A stretch of 64,000 bases of DNA from Candidatus Poribacteria bacterium (GCA_965208675.1 OZ242351.1:1-64000), one strand, 5' to 3'; counted from the first letter of the stretch, positions 1 to 9,709 are shown. The notes: generated by a model not told the origin, from the sequence alone. Program-made: numbers and translations.

Positions 1-1
1 T

Positions 2-1774
2 GCCGCGGCTACACTTGCCGGTTTAGGTTATAATGTGAAGACTTTCTGTATACAAGATTCTCCTCGGAGAGCGCATAGTATCGCTGCTCAGGGCGGCATC
101 AACGCGGCGAAGAACTACGCGGGTGACGGTGACAGTATCTTGCGGTTGTTTTACGATACCATCAAGGGCGGGGATTTTCGGGCGCGGGAAGCGAACGTGT
201 ATCGACTTGCACAGATAAGCGTTAACATTATCGACCAATGTGTGGCACAGGGCGTCCCATTTAATAGGGAGTATGATGGTCTGCTTGCGAACCGATCCTT
301 TGGCGGCGCGCAAGTTGCCAGGACGTTCTATTGCCGGGGGCAAACGGGACAGCAACTGTTGCTCGGCGCATACGGCGCCTTAATGTGTCAGGTCAACGCG
401 GGAAGGGTACAGGTTTTCCCGCGCCGCGAGATGTTAGACCTTGTGGTCATTGACGGGAAAGCCAGGGGGATTTCGGCGCGAAATCTCATTACCGGCGAAA
501 TTGAGTCCCATGCGGGCGATGCCGTGGTGCTGGCGACTGGCGGTTACGTAAATTCTTATTATCTCTCTACGAACGCCGTGAATTCCAATGCAACCGCTAT
601 TTGGCGTTGCCACAAGCGAGGCGCCTTGTTTGCCAACCCATGCTTTGTGCAGATTCACCCTACCTGCCTCCCTGTATCCGGCGATCATCAATCGAAGCTA
701 ACTGCGATGAGTGAAGGTCTTCGCAATGACGGGCGCGTATGGTTACCGAAAAAGAAGGGCGATAAACGCCGGCACGATGAAATTCCCGAATCAGAAAGAG
801 ATTACTACCTTGAACGGCAGTACCCTAGCTTCGGAAATCTAGTGCCTCGTGATATTGCGTCGAGAAGCGCGAAAGCGATGTGCGACCAGGGATTTGGCAT
901 CGGAGAAACGGGTTTAGCCGTTTATCTCGATTTTGCTGATGCCATCAAGGAACGGGGAATGGGAAATATCAGGGAGAAATACGGCAACCTGTTTGATATG
1001 TATCACCGAATTACGGGCGAAAACCCTTACGAAACGCCGATGCGCATCTATCCCGCTGCACACTATCCGATGGGTGGGTTGTGGGTAGACTACAATTTAA
1101 TGAGCACTATCCCCGGATTGCACGTGTTAGGCGAGGCGAATTTCTCCGACCACGGCGCGAACCGGCTCGGCGCAAGTGCATTGATGCAGACACTTGGCGA
1201 CGGGTACTTCATCATACCTTCGACCATTGGCAATTATCTCTCAAGCTATGAACTTCCGAAAGTAACCACGGACCATCCCGCGTTCAAGGAAGTCGGTTCG
1301 GAAGTTGACGCTAGGATTAGAAAACTCCGGTCCATCAGCGGCAAAAAAACCGTAAGGGAATTTCATCGCGATCTCGGCCGCATTCTCTGGGACGGCGTGG
1401 GCATATCGCGCAATGAAGCCGGGTTAAAACATGCGATAGCGGCAATTTCCAACCTTCGCAGTGAATTTTGGGATAATGCCATGATTTCCGGGAGTGGAGA
1501 GACGTTAAATAAGGACCTTGAGTTTGCCGGTAGAGTTGCGGATTATCTGGAATTAGGCGAATTGATGGCGCGGGATGCCCTGCATCGGCAAGAGTCCTGC
1601 GGCGTCCATTTCCGTGAAGAAAGCCAGACGAAGGAGGGCGAGACTAAACGGGACGATGAGAAGTACTCTTACGTTGCGGCATGGGAATACGTACACGGGG
1701 ATAGCGAATCACTACTGCACAAAGAACCGCTAAACTTTGAGAATGTCGAATTAACCCAACGCAGTTATCGGTGA
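2..1774 (+). CDS. sdhA: Succinate dehydrogenase/fumarate reductase flavoprotein subunit (5'-truncated by window edge)
   Basis: Motifs [48 protein letters not shown]; the frame is open to the window start ([15 protein letters not shown]). Confidence 0.92.
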   Translation, partial: AAATLAGLGYNVKTFCIQDSPRRAHSIAAQGGINAAKNYAGDGDSILRLFYDTIKGGDFRAREANVYRLAQISVNIIDQCVAQGVPFNREYDGLLANRSFGGAQVARTFYCRGQTGQQLLLGAYGALMCQVNAGRVQVFPRREMLDLVVIDGKARGISARNLITGEIESHAGDAVVLATGGYVNSYYLSTNAVNSNATAIWRCHKRGALFANPCFVQIHPTCLPVSGDHQSKLTAMSEGLRNDGRVWLPKKKGDKRRHDEIPESERDYYLERQYPSFGNLVPRDIASRSAKAMCDQGFGIGETGLAVYLDFADAIKERGMGNIREKYGNLFDMYHRITGENPYETPMRIYPAAHYPMGGLWVDYNLMSTIPGLHVLGEANFSDHGANRLGASALMQTLGDGYFIIPSTIGNYLSSYELPKVTTDHPAFKEVGSEVDARIRKLRSISGKKTVREFHRDLGRILWDGVGISRNEAGLKHAIAAISNLRSEFWDNAMISGSGETLNKDLEFAGRVADYLELGELMARDALHRQESCGVHFREESQTKEGETKRDDEKYSYVAAWEYVHGDSESLLHKEPLNFENVELTQRSYR

Positions 1775-1842
1775 AACCGATGAATTGGTAAAGCGCTGCA
1801 TGAGGTTCAAAGAACGCACGAATACGCATCTTCTAGGAGATT

Positions 1843-3015
1843 GTGATGAAGCCGGAGCCAGTAAAGGTTGGCATAGTGGGGATGGGAAATGCGGCAAATT
1901 CCCATCTCCAAGGGTATGCAAGTCATCCTCAAGCCGAAGTCATCGCTGTCTGCGATTTGGACGTGGCCAGAGCGGCGCGAATTGCGTCACAACACAGCAT
2001 TGGGATGACATTTACCTCTTATGCAGAAATGCTCGAAAGCGCTCCGATCAACAGCGTTGATATTGCAACTCCAACTTTTCTCCACGCATCCATGACACGG
2101 CAGGCTTGCGCCGCCGGTATGCACGTTCACTGTGAAAAACCGTTCTGCCGCAGCGTGATGGAAGGGATGGAAGCCTGCGAAGCCGCGCACCGAAGCGGGG
2201 TAAAGCTGGTTGTGGGCGAAACGTATGTCTTCATTACATCACACACGAAAGCACGCGAGTTAATTGAGACTGGCGAAATCGGGCGTCCTTTACAGGTGCG
2301 CCAACGTCACGGCGCATGGTTGAAGCGGAAAACGCCTGCATCAAATATAGATTCCGAGGAACGGCACTGGCGCGCGGACGGAGAAAAGTCCGGCGGCGGC
2401 GACTATCCGTGGATTTTCGATCATGCGGTACATTTCTTTGCAACGGCTGAGTACCTGATGTTGGACCGTAAAATTTCCGAAGTCCATGCCGTTACAGGTA
2501 CATGCCGCGTCAACGCGAAACATCGCCATGGCCCATATTCAAACCTGGAAGACGATATCCCCATCATCACGTGGAAATATGACGATTCCGATTGTCAAGG
2601 CGTTTGGATGCGGGCGGAGAGATTAAACGGAAAATACGACTACATGAGCGGGTTTAGTACGTCTATAATCGGTGAGACTGGCGTGATTGAAGTTTTGGGC
2701 GAAGGCGGCCGCAACCTCTTATGGGATGGTCAGCAACAGCATCTCGTTCTTCACCGCGAAGGTAGAGAGACACGCTGTTTTCGCTTTGACGAAGGCGGAG
2801 ACGATGTGTGGGATTCGGAAATCTGTTATTACAGCCGGGGGCATATCAATCAGGTGCATCACTTCATTGATTGCATCGGGCAAGATCATGCGCCTCGTTT
2901 TTCGGGCGAAGACGGGGTGCATTCAGTACGGTGCACGTTAGCAACAATTCGATCGGCGCGCGAAGGACGCCCGATTCGCGTGGACGAGATTGAGCCGGAA
3001 TACACGGCTTATTAG
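1843..3015 (+). CDS. Gfo/Idh/MocA family oxidoreductase
   Basis: N-terminal Rossmann VGIVGMGNAA, IATPTFLH, HVHCEKP, DHAVH. Confidence 0.9.
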   Translation: MMKPEPVKVGIVGMGNAANSHLQGYASHPQAEVIAVCDLDVARAARIASQHSIGMTFTSYAEMLESAPINSVDIATPTFLHASMTRQACAAGMHVHCEKPFCRSVMEGMEACEAAHRSGVKLVVGETYVFITSHTKARELIETGEIGRPLQVRQRHGAWLKRKTPASNIDSEERHWRADGEKSGGGDYPWIFDHAVHFFATAEYLMLDRKISEVHAVTGTCRVNAKHRHGPYSNLEDDIPIITWKYDDSDCQGVWMRAERLNGKYDYMSGFSTSIIGETGVIEVLGEGGRNLLWDGQQQHLVLHREGRETRCFRFDEGGDDVWDSEICYYSRGHINQVHHFIDCIGQDHAPRFSGEDGVHSVRCTLATIRSAREGRPIRVDEIEPEYTAY

Positions 3016-3061
3016 GATGTGTGCAATGTGCGCGCATGAACAATCCCGCCGGTGTTTGCGC

Positions 3062-5095
3062 CTAGTTTTGATTGTCAGTTTCTCGATAATCCATCTGATT
3101 GTTTCCACGGTCATTCAGTTTTGAAATATCGTCCACGATGCATGAATTGATGTTTTGCATGTGGACGTTAATCGATCTCCAAAATTGCTTTCCGTATGCC
3201 TTGGTGTTTATGCGGGGATCAAGCACAACGAAAATCCCCGTGTCAGTTTTTGTTCGGATTAAGCGGCCAAACCCCTGCTTGAATCGGATAATGGCTTCAG
3301 GTAAACTTAACTCCGAAAAGGGATTGCCGCCCTTTGCTTCAATCCGTTTATGTTTCGCCTCGACTAAGGGGTGTGTGGGGACTTCAAAGGGTAACTTGAC
3401 GATTATCACACAACTCAATGATTCGCCTTGCACATCAACACCCTCCCAAAAACTAGCTGTTCCGAACAGAACAGAATTTACGTTTTGCTTAAACTCCGTT
3501 AACATAGCACTCCGTGAAATTCCCTCACCTTGTTTGATTACGGCAATGCGTAAGTGTTCCATGTAGGGTTGCACTACCTGATAAACCTCCTCCATCATAC
3601 GGTAGCTAGTAAATAGGACGAAGGCTTTACCGTGCGTGAGTTTAAGATAGCCGCTAATTTTCGATGCGGCGGCTTCCGTAAAATCAGGCGAATTTGGGTT
3701 TGGCATGTCAGGAGGACAATAATATTTGACCTGCTGTTGATATTTGAATGGTGAGCCAACAAGTAGGGACCGGCCTTGCGTAAGCCCCAACCGGTTCCGA
3801 TAGTGGTCGAAATTCTGGTTGGTTGATAGCGTGGCGCTTGTCATGATAACGCATTTCTTTTTTTCGAACAGGATTTCTTTGAGTGTATCTCCGACGTTTA
3901 AGGGGTTTGCACGAAGCACGTTGCGAGAATGGTTTCCCTCTATCCAGTACACGTGATCGCGGCGGCTATGGTCAAGCATCAACTCGAAATCGGTACGGAT
4001 ATCATCGCATCTATTTTTATGTGCAGAAATTTCTTGTTTGTCGTCTTCACTATCTGCAGTGTCGCTCAACGCTTTCAAGTGCGATCCAATTTTTGATAGT
4101 GGTTCGCTCAATAGGTTTTCCACAAAATAAGTAGATTCGACCAAGCGCGTCGGTGAACCGCCAGTGAACTGCCTGATAGCCGCAAATTGATTATCGCATG
4201 CTCTCCAAGTATCGTCTACAAGTTCTGTCGGGGAATTTTTGCGAATAAAGAGTCCCTTGTTACGATTCGCGTTGTAAAGCGAATTTAGGAACCTTTCCAC
4301 TCGGGAATTGCTTAACTCAATCCCAAACTGTTTGGTTACTACCGCCTCAATGTGATGCGCCTCGTCAAGGATAAGGTAATTGTAGTTGGGCAGTACACCT
4401 ATTCCGCCCTTCATTTTTATCTCCAAATCTGTAAATAGGAGATGGTGATTAGTAATGATGAGGTCGGCTTGAGACGCTAGCTTCCTCATCTTGAAATAGA
4501 AGCAACTGGAGTAAGTCGGACATTCTTTCCCTAGGCAATCGTGTCTGTCCGAAGCAATCTCAAGCCAGATTGGTGGTGACGGTTGGGGTTCAATAGATGC
4601 TTTATTCCCATCCGAAGTGTGGGAAGCCCATTCCTTAATTCGATCTAATTCGTTTATGTCTGATTCTCGATCAAAAATGCCTCGCCCTTTTTCCATATGA
4701 CGACGGTATCGACGGATTGATAGGTAATTCCCGCGTCCTTCCGCCAGCGCGACATTGAAATCCTCGCCAATCACTTTTTTGAGGAATGGAATATCCTTGT
4801 AAATTAGCTGTTCTTGCAAGTTAATCTTATTGGTTGAGATTACCACCTTTCCGTCAGCGGTTAGAGCGTGTACTATTGCAGGTACAAGGTAGGCGAAACT
4901 CTTTCCGACACCTGTTCCTGCTTCAACGATTAGATGTTCCTCTTGAGATAATGCGCTGACAACCGCTTCCGCCATCGTAAGTTGCTGGGGTCGATGCTCA
5001 TAGCCGGTTAGATGTTGTGCAATTAATCCGCCGGGGCGGAGAATTTTTCTGACCTTCGCTCCTGCATCGGTCGTTTTCATCGCCTCGTTTGCCAT
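3062..5095 (-). CDS. dinG: DinG/YoaA family ATP-dependent helicase
   Basis: Q-motif YEHRPQQ, Walker A EAGTGVGKS, DEAHH, TSATL, SFWEGVDV, KLPF, QGFGRLIR. Confidence 0.92.
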   Translation of the reverse strand: MANEAMKTTDAGAKVRKILRPGGLIAQHLTGYEHRPQQLTMAEAVVSALSQEEHLIVEAGTGVGKSFAYLVPAIVHALTADGKVVISTNKINLQEQLIYKDIPFLKKVIGEDFNVALAEGRGNYLSIRRYRRHMEKGRGIFDRESDINELDRIKEWASHTSDGNKASIEPQPSPPIWLEIASDRHDCLGKECPTYSSCFYFKMRKLASQADLIITNHHLLFTDLEIKMKGGIGVLPNYNYLILDEAHHIEAVVTKQFGIELSNSRVERFLNSLYNANRNKGLFIRKNSPTELVDDTWRACDNQFAAIRQFTGGSPTRLVESTYFVENLLSEPLSKIGSHLKALSDTADSEDDKQEISAHKNRCDDIRTDFELMLDHSRRDHVYWIEGNHSRNVLRANPLNVGDTLKEILFEKKKCVIMTSATLSTNQNFDHYRNRLGLTQGRSLLVGSPFKYQQQVKYYCPPDMPNPNSPDFTEAAASKISGYLKLTHGKAFVLFTSYRMMEEVYQVVQPYMEHLRIAVIKQGEGISRSAMLTEFKQNVNSVLFGTASFWEGVDVQGESLSCVIIVKLPFEVPTHPLVEAKHKRIEAKGGNPFSELSLPEAIIRFKQGFGRLIRTKTDTGIFVVLDPRINTKAYGKQFWRSINVHMQNINSCIVDDISKLNDRGNNQMDYRETDNQN

Positions 5096-5191
5096 GGTAA
5101 GGGTTTTCGTTTAGCCTCAAGCGCATGTATCAATTCGGAACGGGTTCATTCGCCGCTCAATACCAAAACGCTTCACGAAATATATTTCCAA

Positions 5192-5356
5192 GAAAATTAG
5201 GTGTTGAAATGTAACCGGGTTGCGCAGCCCTTGCACCTCAATGGACAAGTATGACTGTCTAAACATTGGGGGTAAGTTCACCCAACGCTTTTGAAACCTC
5301 TCGGCGGCTGGAAAACGTTGGACACCGCGAGCCGGTTCAATTCAACCTAAAATTTT
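5192..5356 (-). ncRNA. Candidate structured RNA (closing stem plus two internal hairpins) upstream of dinG
   Basis: Interrupted ~22-bp closing stem (5193-5218 with 5332-5356) and hairpins at 5230-5276 and 5282-5321; G-U pairs favour the minus strand; lies just downstream of a minus-strand promoter. Confidence 0.5.
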
Positions 5357-5381
5357 AAAACTATACGCACAAACACTAAAT

Positions 5382-5410
5382 ATATTACAAGTAAAAACGT
5401 TAAATGTCAA
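5382..5410 (-). promoter_or_regulatory. Sigma70-type promoter TTGACA-N17-TAATAT
   Basis: Plus-strand tgtcaa at 5405-5410 and atatta at 5382-5387. Confidence 0.6.
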
Positions 5411-5501
5411 CTTTTAATTCAAGAGTGGGGGTTGTGAATCAGTGTCAGTTGGAAAAAGCTGCGGAGCGCGATGAGCGCGGCGCACGGATTGGTGAAATAT
5501 T

Positions 5502-5675
5502 GTAGGAGGGAATGCCGATTCCTGACGGTGGATTTGGTTGTCTGAACTGTGATTTTTGTAATGGAATTATGACCTATGATTAATAATGCGCGTAATCATT
5601 TGGTATTGACAAATTCTTGTAGATTGGGCATAGCGATCAACGGGGAATTTGCCGCGATTCGGAAATCGCTCCTAA
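5502..5675. repeat. GTAG-type REP pair (REPIN-like), degenerate
   Basis: GTAGGAGGGAATGCCGATTCC ... GATTCGGAAATCGCTCCTA; same family as 24659-24727. Confidence 0.55.
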
Positions 5676-5766
5676 AGGGGGTTCAATTTTTGTAGGCCGG
5701 TTTAACCAGTGTTGAAGGCATAAAAGTGTTTCGCAGTCTTTTTCACTGAACGATGAGAAAATATTA

Positions 5767-5895
5767 GAACCTGTTTGAAAAGTATGTAGCGGAGCCGGTT
5801 TTTGGTCATTTCAGGGCAATAATCATCGGAATTTCAGGGCATTTACCCCAAAACAGCTTTTCCGGAAGACGGATTTGGACTTTTCAAACAGGTTC
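5767..5895. mobile_element. 129-bp MITE with IS5/IS1031-type ends
   Basis: Perfect 17-bp TIR GAACCTGTTTGAAAAGT / ACTTTTCAAACAGGTTC, flanked by TTA direct repeats; TIR matches the IS at 9784-10670 at 14/15 positions. Confidence 0.88.
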
Positions 5896-5961
5896 TTAAC
5901 AAGCATCCTAGCTCTGAATTCTTTGTATTGCGTCACGCCATTTTCGCTTTGGGAGGATTCT

Positions 5962-5990
5962 ATTTTACATAGGTAATCAGGGAATGTCAA
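5962..5990 (-). promoter_or_regulatory. Sigma70-type promoter TTGACA-N17-TAAAAT
   Basis: Plus-strand tgtcaa 5985-5990 and atttta 5962-5967. Confidence 0.5.
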
Positions 5991-6013
5991 CGCGAAGTGC
6001 CGACAAATAATCC

Positions 6014-6042
6014 TTGATTTCCGTGTCTTTGCTAGTTACAAT
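6014..6042 (+). promoter_or_regulatory. Sigma70-type promoter TTGATT-N17-TACAAT for the glycoside hydrolase gene
   Basis: Consensus-like hexamers with a 17-bp spacer, ~30 nt before the ATG. Confidence 0.55.
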
Positions 6043-6074
6043 AAGATTAAAATTACAGTTGAAAGGTGTTGTGT

Positions 6075-8492
6075 ATGAGACAAGCGGCTAACGACTCAAT
6101 TGTTGAGCGGCAAGGCAACTTGGTCGTGATGAAAAGTAAGTTATTTCAGATTAGATATGACCTTTCAAAAGGCACTTGGGACTATTTGAATCAGGCAGGA
6201 CAGGCTGTCATTCGGAACGCGTACACTAAGGTAATCCTAGAAGACGGCACGGTTTTTACCACGCTAGATGCAGAATCCCGCGACTTCATAACCCACCCTA
6301 TTGCTGAAGACGACTTCGGCATTTACCATCCAATATCGTTTTCCCATCAACCCGAACACCGAGACGTTCGAACTCATGTTTACTTGAACTGCTATAATAG
6401 GAAACCTTTTATTGTATTACATGCCGAAGTTGAAAATTTGAGCGGCAAGCTGATTGCGATTAACCAAATTATGGTCATCGGCGTCTCCTCGCCCCAGGAC
6501 AAAACACGCAACGGCGCAGCAGGAGGCGTCTACTTGGGAGGAGATCCATCTGGTTACCGTATCTTCTTAGATACGAAAAGGACTTCGGAGCAATCGCTCA
6601 AAACCGTTCATGACGGTTTTAGCATTAACAACCAGACTTCCGCGGGGCTATTCTATAACGGCGCATTTTATGACATAGACAGCAAACAATCGCTCGTTTT
6701 CGGGTTTCTAAATTCCCAAAAATGGAGTTCCAACGTGCAGGTTGGATATAGTTCACAAACACAGCCGAATAGAGGAGAAAATCGGGGGATTAATCTCTGG
6801 TCTCTTTACCACACATGTGAGAGTTTTGCTTGTTCACAGGGTGAAGTAATAAAGTCGGAACCCGCCTACCTCAATTTTTCGGGCGAAGTTGCCGAATCGT
6901 ATAGACTCTATGTCCAGATGCTTGCCAAACGTATGAATGCGAAAAAACTCGATCGAGTTTATTCGGGTTGGAGTGTGAATGCCGGCCGCAGTCATCCTGC
7001 TATTACCGCGAAGCGGATAAGCGAGCAGGTCAATCAACTTACGCAGAACGGATTGTTCTATCCGCCGTCGGAAGGTGGAATGGAGTATATCCTGATCGAA
7101 GACGGATGGCAGCAAACAGTTGGCAGTCTGAACCCAAACTCTCACAACTTTCCCAATGGGATGAAGCCGGTGGTTGAACAGATTCATGCTAAGGGGTTAA
7201 AAGCCGGTATCCGGCTGGCGCCATTTAGTGTCAACCCCGATGCAGATTTACTGTCGGCGCACCCGGAGTATTTTCTATTAAACAGTCGAAATAAGCCGGT
7301 ATTGGTAGCATTGCCCGAATCGGGAAGAGAGGTGGCGATGCTTGATGTATCGCATCCGGGTGCACAAACGTACATTCGAACTCAAGTTCAAAAGGTAGTT
7401 GATGAGTGGGGATATGACCTGGTTAAAGTGGATTTATCAGATTATGCCGCAGGGCCATTGTCGGATCCGGGAAATTTTTTCTGGAAAGATAAATCGCTTA
7501 CTGCCGTTGAACTCTACCGCCTTGGCGTTAAATTTCTTAATCAGATTATCGACGAGACTACGCAGAGCGTAGTTCTCGCGGGCGGCGATGTGTCTAATCC
7601 ATTGAGCATCGGCGGATTCCCAGTTTACTCCGTGCTATCGGACTTTCGGGGAAATATAGGTACAGAACCTTGGAATCATAAAGCCGGGGTTAAACAGCTT
7701 GTCAGCACTTATGCGTCTAATCTACCAATGCACGGCATCGCTTGGACCGGCGAGTTTGGCGCGGTGGCTATTGATGAGCCAATCCCATTAAATGAAGCGC
7801 TCGCCACAATTACAGCAGCGGGTTTGAGCGGCGGTATTGTCACTTGGGGTAATGATTTCACAAAACTTGAACCAGCGCGAGCAGAGTTGCTCTCAAAGGT
7901 GTTTCCGTTGAGCGGCCAGGCTGCGACGCCGGTAGATTTGTATGAAAACAGTCTCCCGCGTATTTGGAATTTGCGAGTAAATGCGTCGTATGATTCTTGG
8001 AATGTGGTTGGTGTGTTCAACTGGAGCGACAATGTGGACGAGATCTATTTTCCTTTGGATTCGCTCGGTTTAGATGGCTCTAAATACTATATCATTCATG
8101 ATTTCTGGGGTCGGGAATTTCTGGGCACGGCTCGAGGAAGCGTCACTTTGCTGGATCTGCCGCCTAGATCGGTCAAGCTGTTGGCGATCCGCGCCGAGCA
8201 GACATCGCCGCAACTGATCGCCACAGATCTCCATTTCACGCAGGGTTCGGTGGAAATTGTGTCGGCTGGTTGGGATCAACGGAGCCAGAGTTTTTTAGCT
8301 GTTTGCAAGCCGCCTAGACATAGTAAAGGAACGCTTTTTATTCACGTCCCTGAAGAGTATGTTCCCGTCACGACAGCGTGTTATGGTTCAAATTACCATT
8401 TTCTTTGGAAGAAACCAATCTACACACTTGAGTTCAGTCCTACGTCTGAATTTGTGAACGTCAGTGTTCAGTTCGCGAAGGTCTCGGGATAG
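6075..8492 (+). CDS. Alpha-galactosidase-like glycoside hydrolase (GH36/GH27 clan), divergent
   Basis: YILIEDGWQ, FPNGMKPVVEQIHAKGLKAGI, LDVSHPGA, WGYDLVKVD, C-terminal VGVFNW beta domain; GAAAGG RBS before ATG 6075. Confidence 0.8.
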   Translation: MRQAANDSIVERQGNLVVMKSKLFQIRYDLSKGTWDYLNQAGQAVIRNAYTKVILEDGTVFTTLDAESRDFITHPIAEDDFGIYHPISFSHQPEHRDVRTHVYLNCYNRKPFIVLHAEVENLSGKLIAINQIMVIGVSSPQDKTRNGAAGGVYLGGDPSGYRIFLDTKRTSEQSLKTVHDGFSINNQTSAGLFYNGAFYDIDSKQSLVFGFLNSQKWSSNVQVGYSSQTQPNRGENRGINLWSLYHTCESFACSQGEVIKSEPAYLNFSGEVAESYRLYVQMLAKRMNAKKLDRVYSGWSVNAGRSHPAITAKRISEQVNQLTQNGLFYPPSEGGMEYILIEDGWQQTVGSLNPNSHNFPNGMKPVVEQIHAKGLKAGIRLAPFSVNPDADLLSAHPEYFLLNSRNKPVLVALPESGREVAMLDVSHPGAQTYIRTQVQKVVDEWGYDLVKVDLSDYAAGPLSDPGNFFWKDKSLTAVELYRLGVKFLNQIIDETTQSVVLAGGDVSNPLSIGGFPVYSVLSDFRGNIGTEPWNHKAGVKQLVSTYASNLPMHGIAWTGEFGAVAIDEPIPLNEALATITAAGLSGGIVTWGNDFTKLEPARAELLSKVFPLSGQAATPVDLYENSLPRIWNLRVNASYDSWNVVGVFNWSDNVDEIYFPLDSLGLDGSKYYIIHDFWGREFLGTARGSVTLLDLPPRSVKLLAIRAEQTSPQLIATDLHFTQGSVEIVSAGWDQRSQSFLAVCKPPRHSKGTLFIHVPEEYVPVTTACYGSNYHFLWKKPIYTLEFSPTSEFVNVSVQFAKVSG

Positions 8493-8824
8493 GACGGTGA
8501 TGTGTGGTTGGCAATACCAAATGCCCAAGAATGAGCGCGGCAGCGTCACAATGTTTCACCATGAGATTTTGATAATTCACGGTGGCGCATAAAATGAAAC
8601 TCGTGTAACCCAAGACCGCGATTCGGTAATACGGTGTGACTGACCGTCTTGGGCGCTTTATGTCCGAGGGCTTGCGTTCACAACTAATTGAGGATGGGAG
8701 TCAATAACTGAGGCGATTAATGTAAACCACGTAGAACCCTGAAGTCAATAACCCTCAAAGTTCCGTAGATTTTCAAAGTCATTTCTTTTAGATTAAACCC
8801 GAAAAAGAGTAGGAGGAATTTCAA

Positions 8825-9058
8825 ATGATTCGCGCTGAAACACCAGTGGAAAACGCGCTAGATGGGCTTTACGCTCAAATGCAATCGTTCGAGTCTCTTA
8901 TGAATGAGCATCAAGAAGTAGATTGGCATGGTGTGATTGGAAGTTTAGAGTTTTTCATTAAACATCTGAACGTTTACAATACCTATCACAATATACCATT
9001 GGATCTTGAAATGTATACCGCCTATGACAAAAAGGAGTACAAAAATGGAGTGGCTTGA
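8825..9058 (+). CDS. Small hypothetical protein (77 aa)
   Basis: Strong RBS AGGAGG before the ATG; overlaps the next ORF. Confidence 0.6.
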   Translation: MIRAETPVENALDGLYAQMQSFESLMNEHQEVDWHGVIGSLEFFIKHLNVYNTYHNIPLDLEMYTAYDKKEYKNGVA

Positions 9059-9308
9059 GGCTATTAGACCATGGATTGTTCCCGTAATTGCTATTATCGG
9101 CATCGTGTTGGCTTTTACCGGAAAACTATATTCGGTATTGTTTGGCCCATTTAAGGCATCAATAAAGGAACTTCGAGGTGATATTGAGAATATCCATGCT
9201 GAAATTAAAGAATTCCGTTCCGAGATTAAATCTGACCATGATAAACTAGAGGCGGCGTTTACGAAGCACCTCATTGAGTTACATGGTCGTCCTGAGGGAG
9301 TAGACTGA
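9045..9308 (+). CDS. Small protein with N-terminal TM helix and coiled coil (87 aa)
   Basis: AAGGAG RBS before ATG 9045; WIVPVIAIIGIVLAF followed by heptads IKELRGDIENIHAEIKEFRSEI. Confidence 0.65.
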   Translation: MEWLEAIRPWIVPVIAIIGIVLAFTGKLYSVLFGPFKASIKELRGDIENIHAEIKEFRSEIKSDHDKLEAAFTKHLIELHGRPEGVD

Positions 9309-9337
9309 AAGGCAAATTAATCCGCCGCGACGCTCTG

Positions 9338-9709
9338 TCATCCGCGCAGTGCGCCCCAAATTAGACATGCCCAACCTATAATCAAGATAAGCCCGCCGAT
9401 AGGTGTAATTGCTCCAAGCCAGCGAATCCCAGTCAAGCTCAGGATATATAGGCTACCTGAAAAAATGCAGGTGCCGATGACGAATGACCATCCCGCTAAG
9501 TGAATTAGTTGGCTGTTCCATTGAGAGATAGCCCATGCCACTGCGAGCAGTGCTATCGCATGGTACATCTGATAACGGACAGCGACCTCAAAGGTCTCCA
9601 GCATCCCAATCGAGATTCTCTCCTTTAGCGCATGCGCACCGAACGCACCGGCAATGACTCCAACCAACGCGAAACTAGAACCGAGTATAAAGAAACAACG
9701 TTGCATCAT
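9338..9709 (-). CDS. DUF423 (YgdD/TMEM256) membrane protein
   Basis: GAFGAHAL, YQMYHA, FSGSLY, GAITPIGG. Confidence 0.93.
   Translation of the reverse strand: MMQRCFFILGSSFALVGVIAGAFGAHALKERISIGMLETFEVAVRYQMYHAIALLAVAWAISQWNSQLIHLAGWSFVIGTCIFSGSLYILSLTGIRWLGAITPIGGLILIIGWACLIWGALRG

Noticed and set aside
3062-6060. Type IV CRISPR (CasDinG) system
   Set aside because: No repeat-spacer array or cas genes near dinG; the protein looks like a chromosomal YoaA/DinG
8698-8760. GTCAATAACC as an IS200/IS605 or IscB omega-RNA end
   Set aside because: No following terminal hairpin and no IscB, TnpB or TnpA gene nearby
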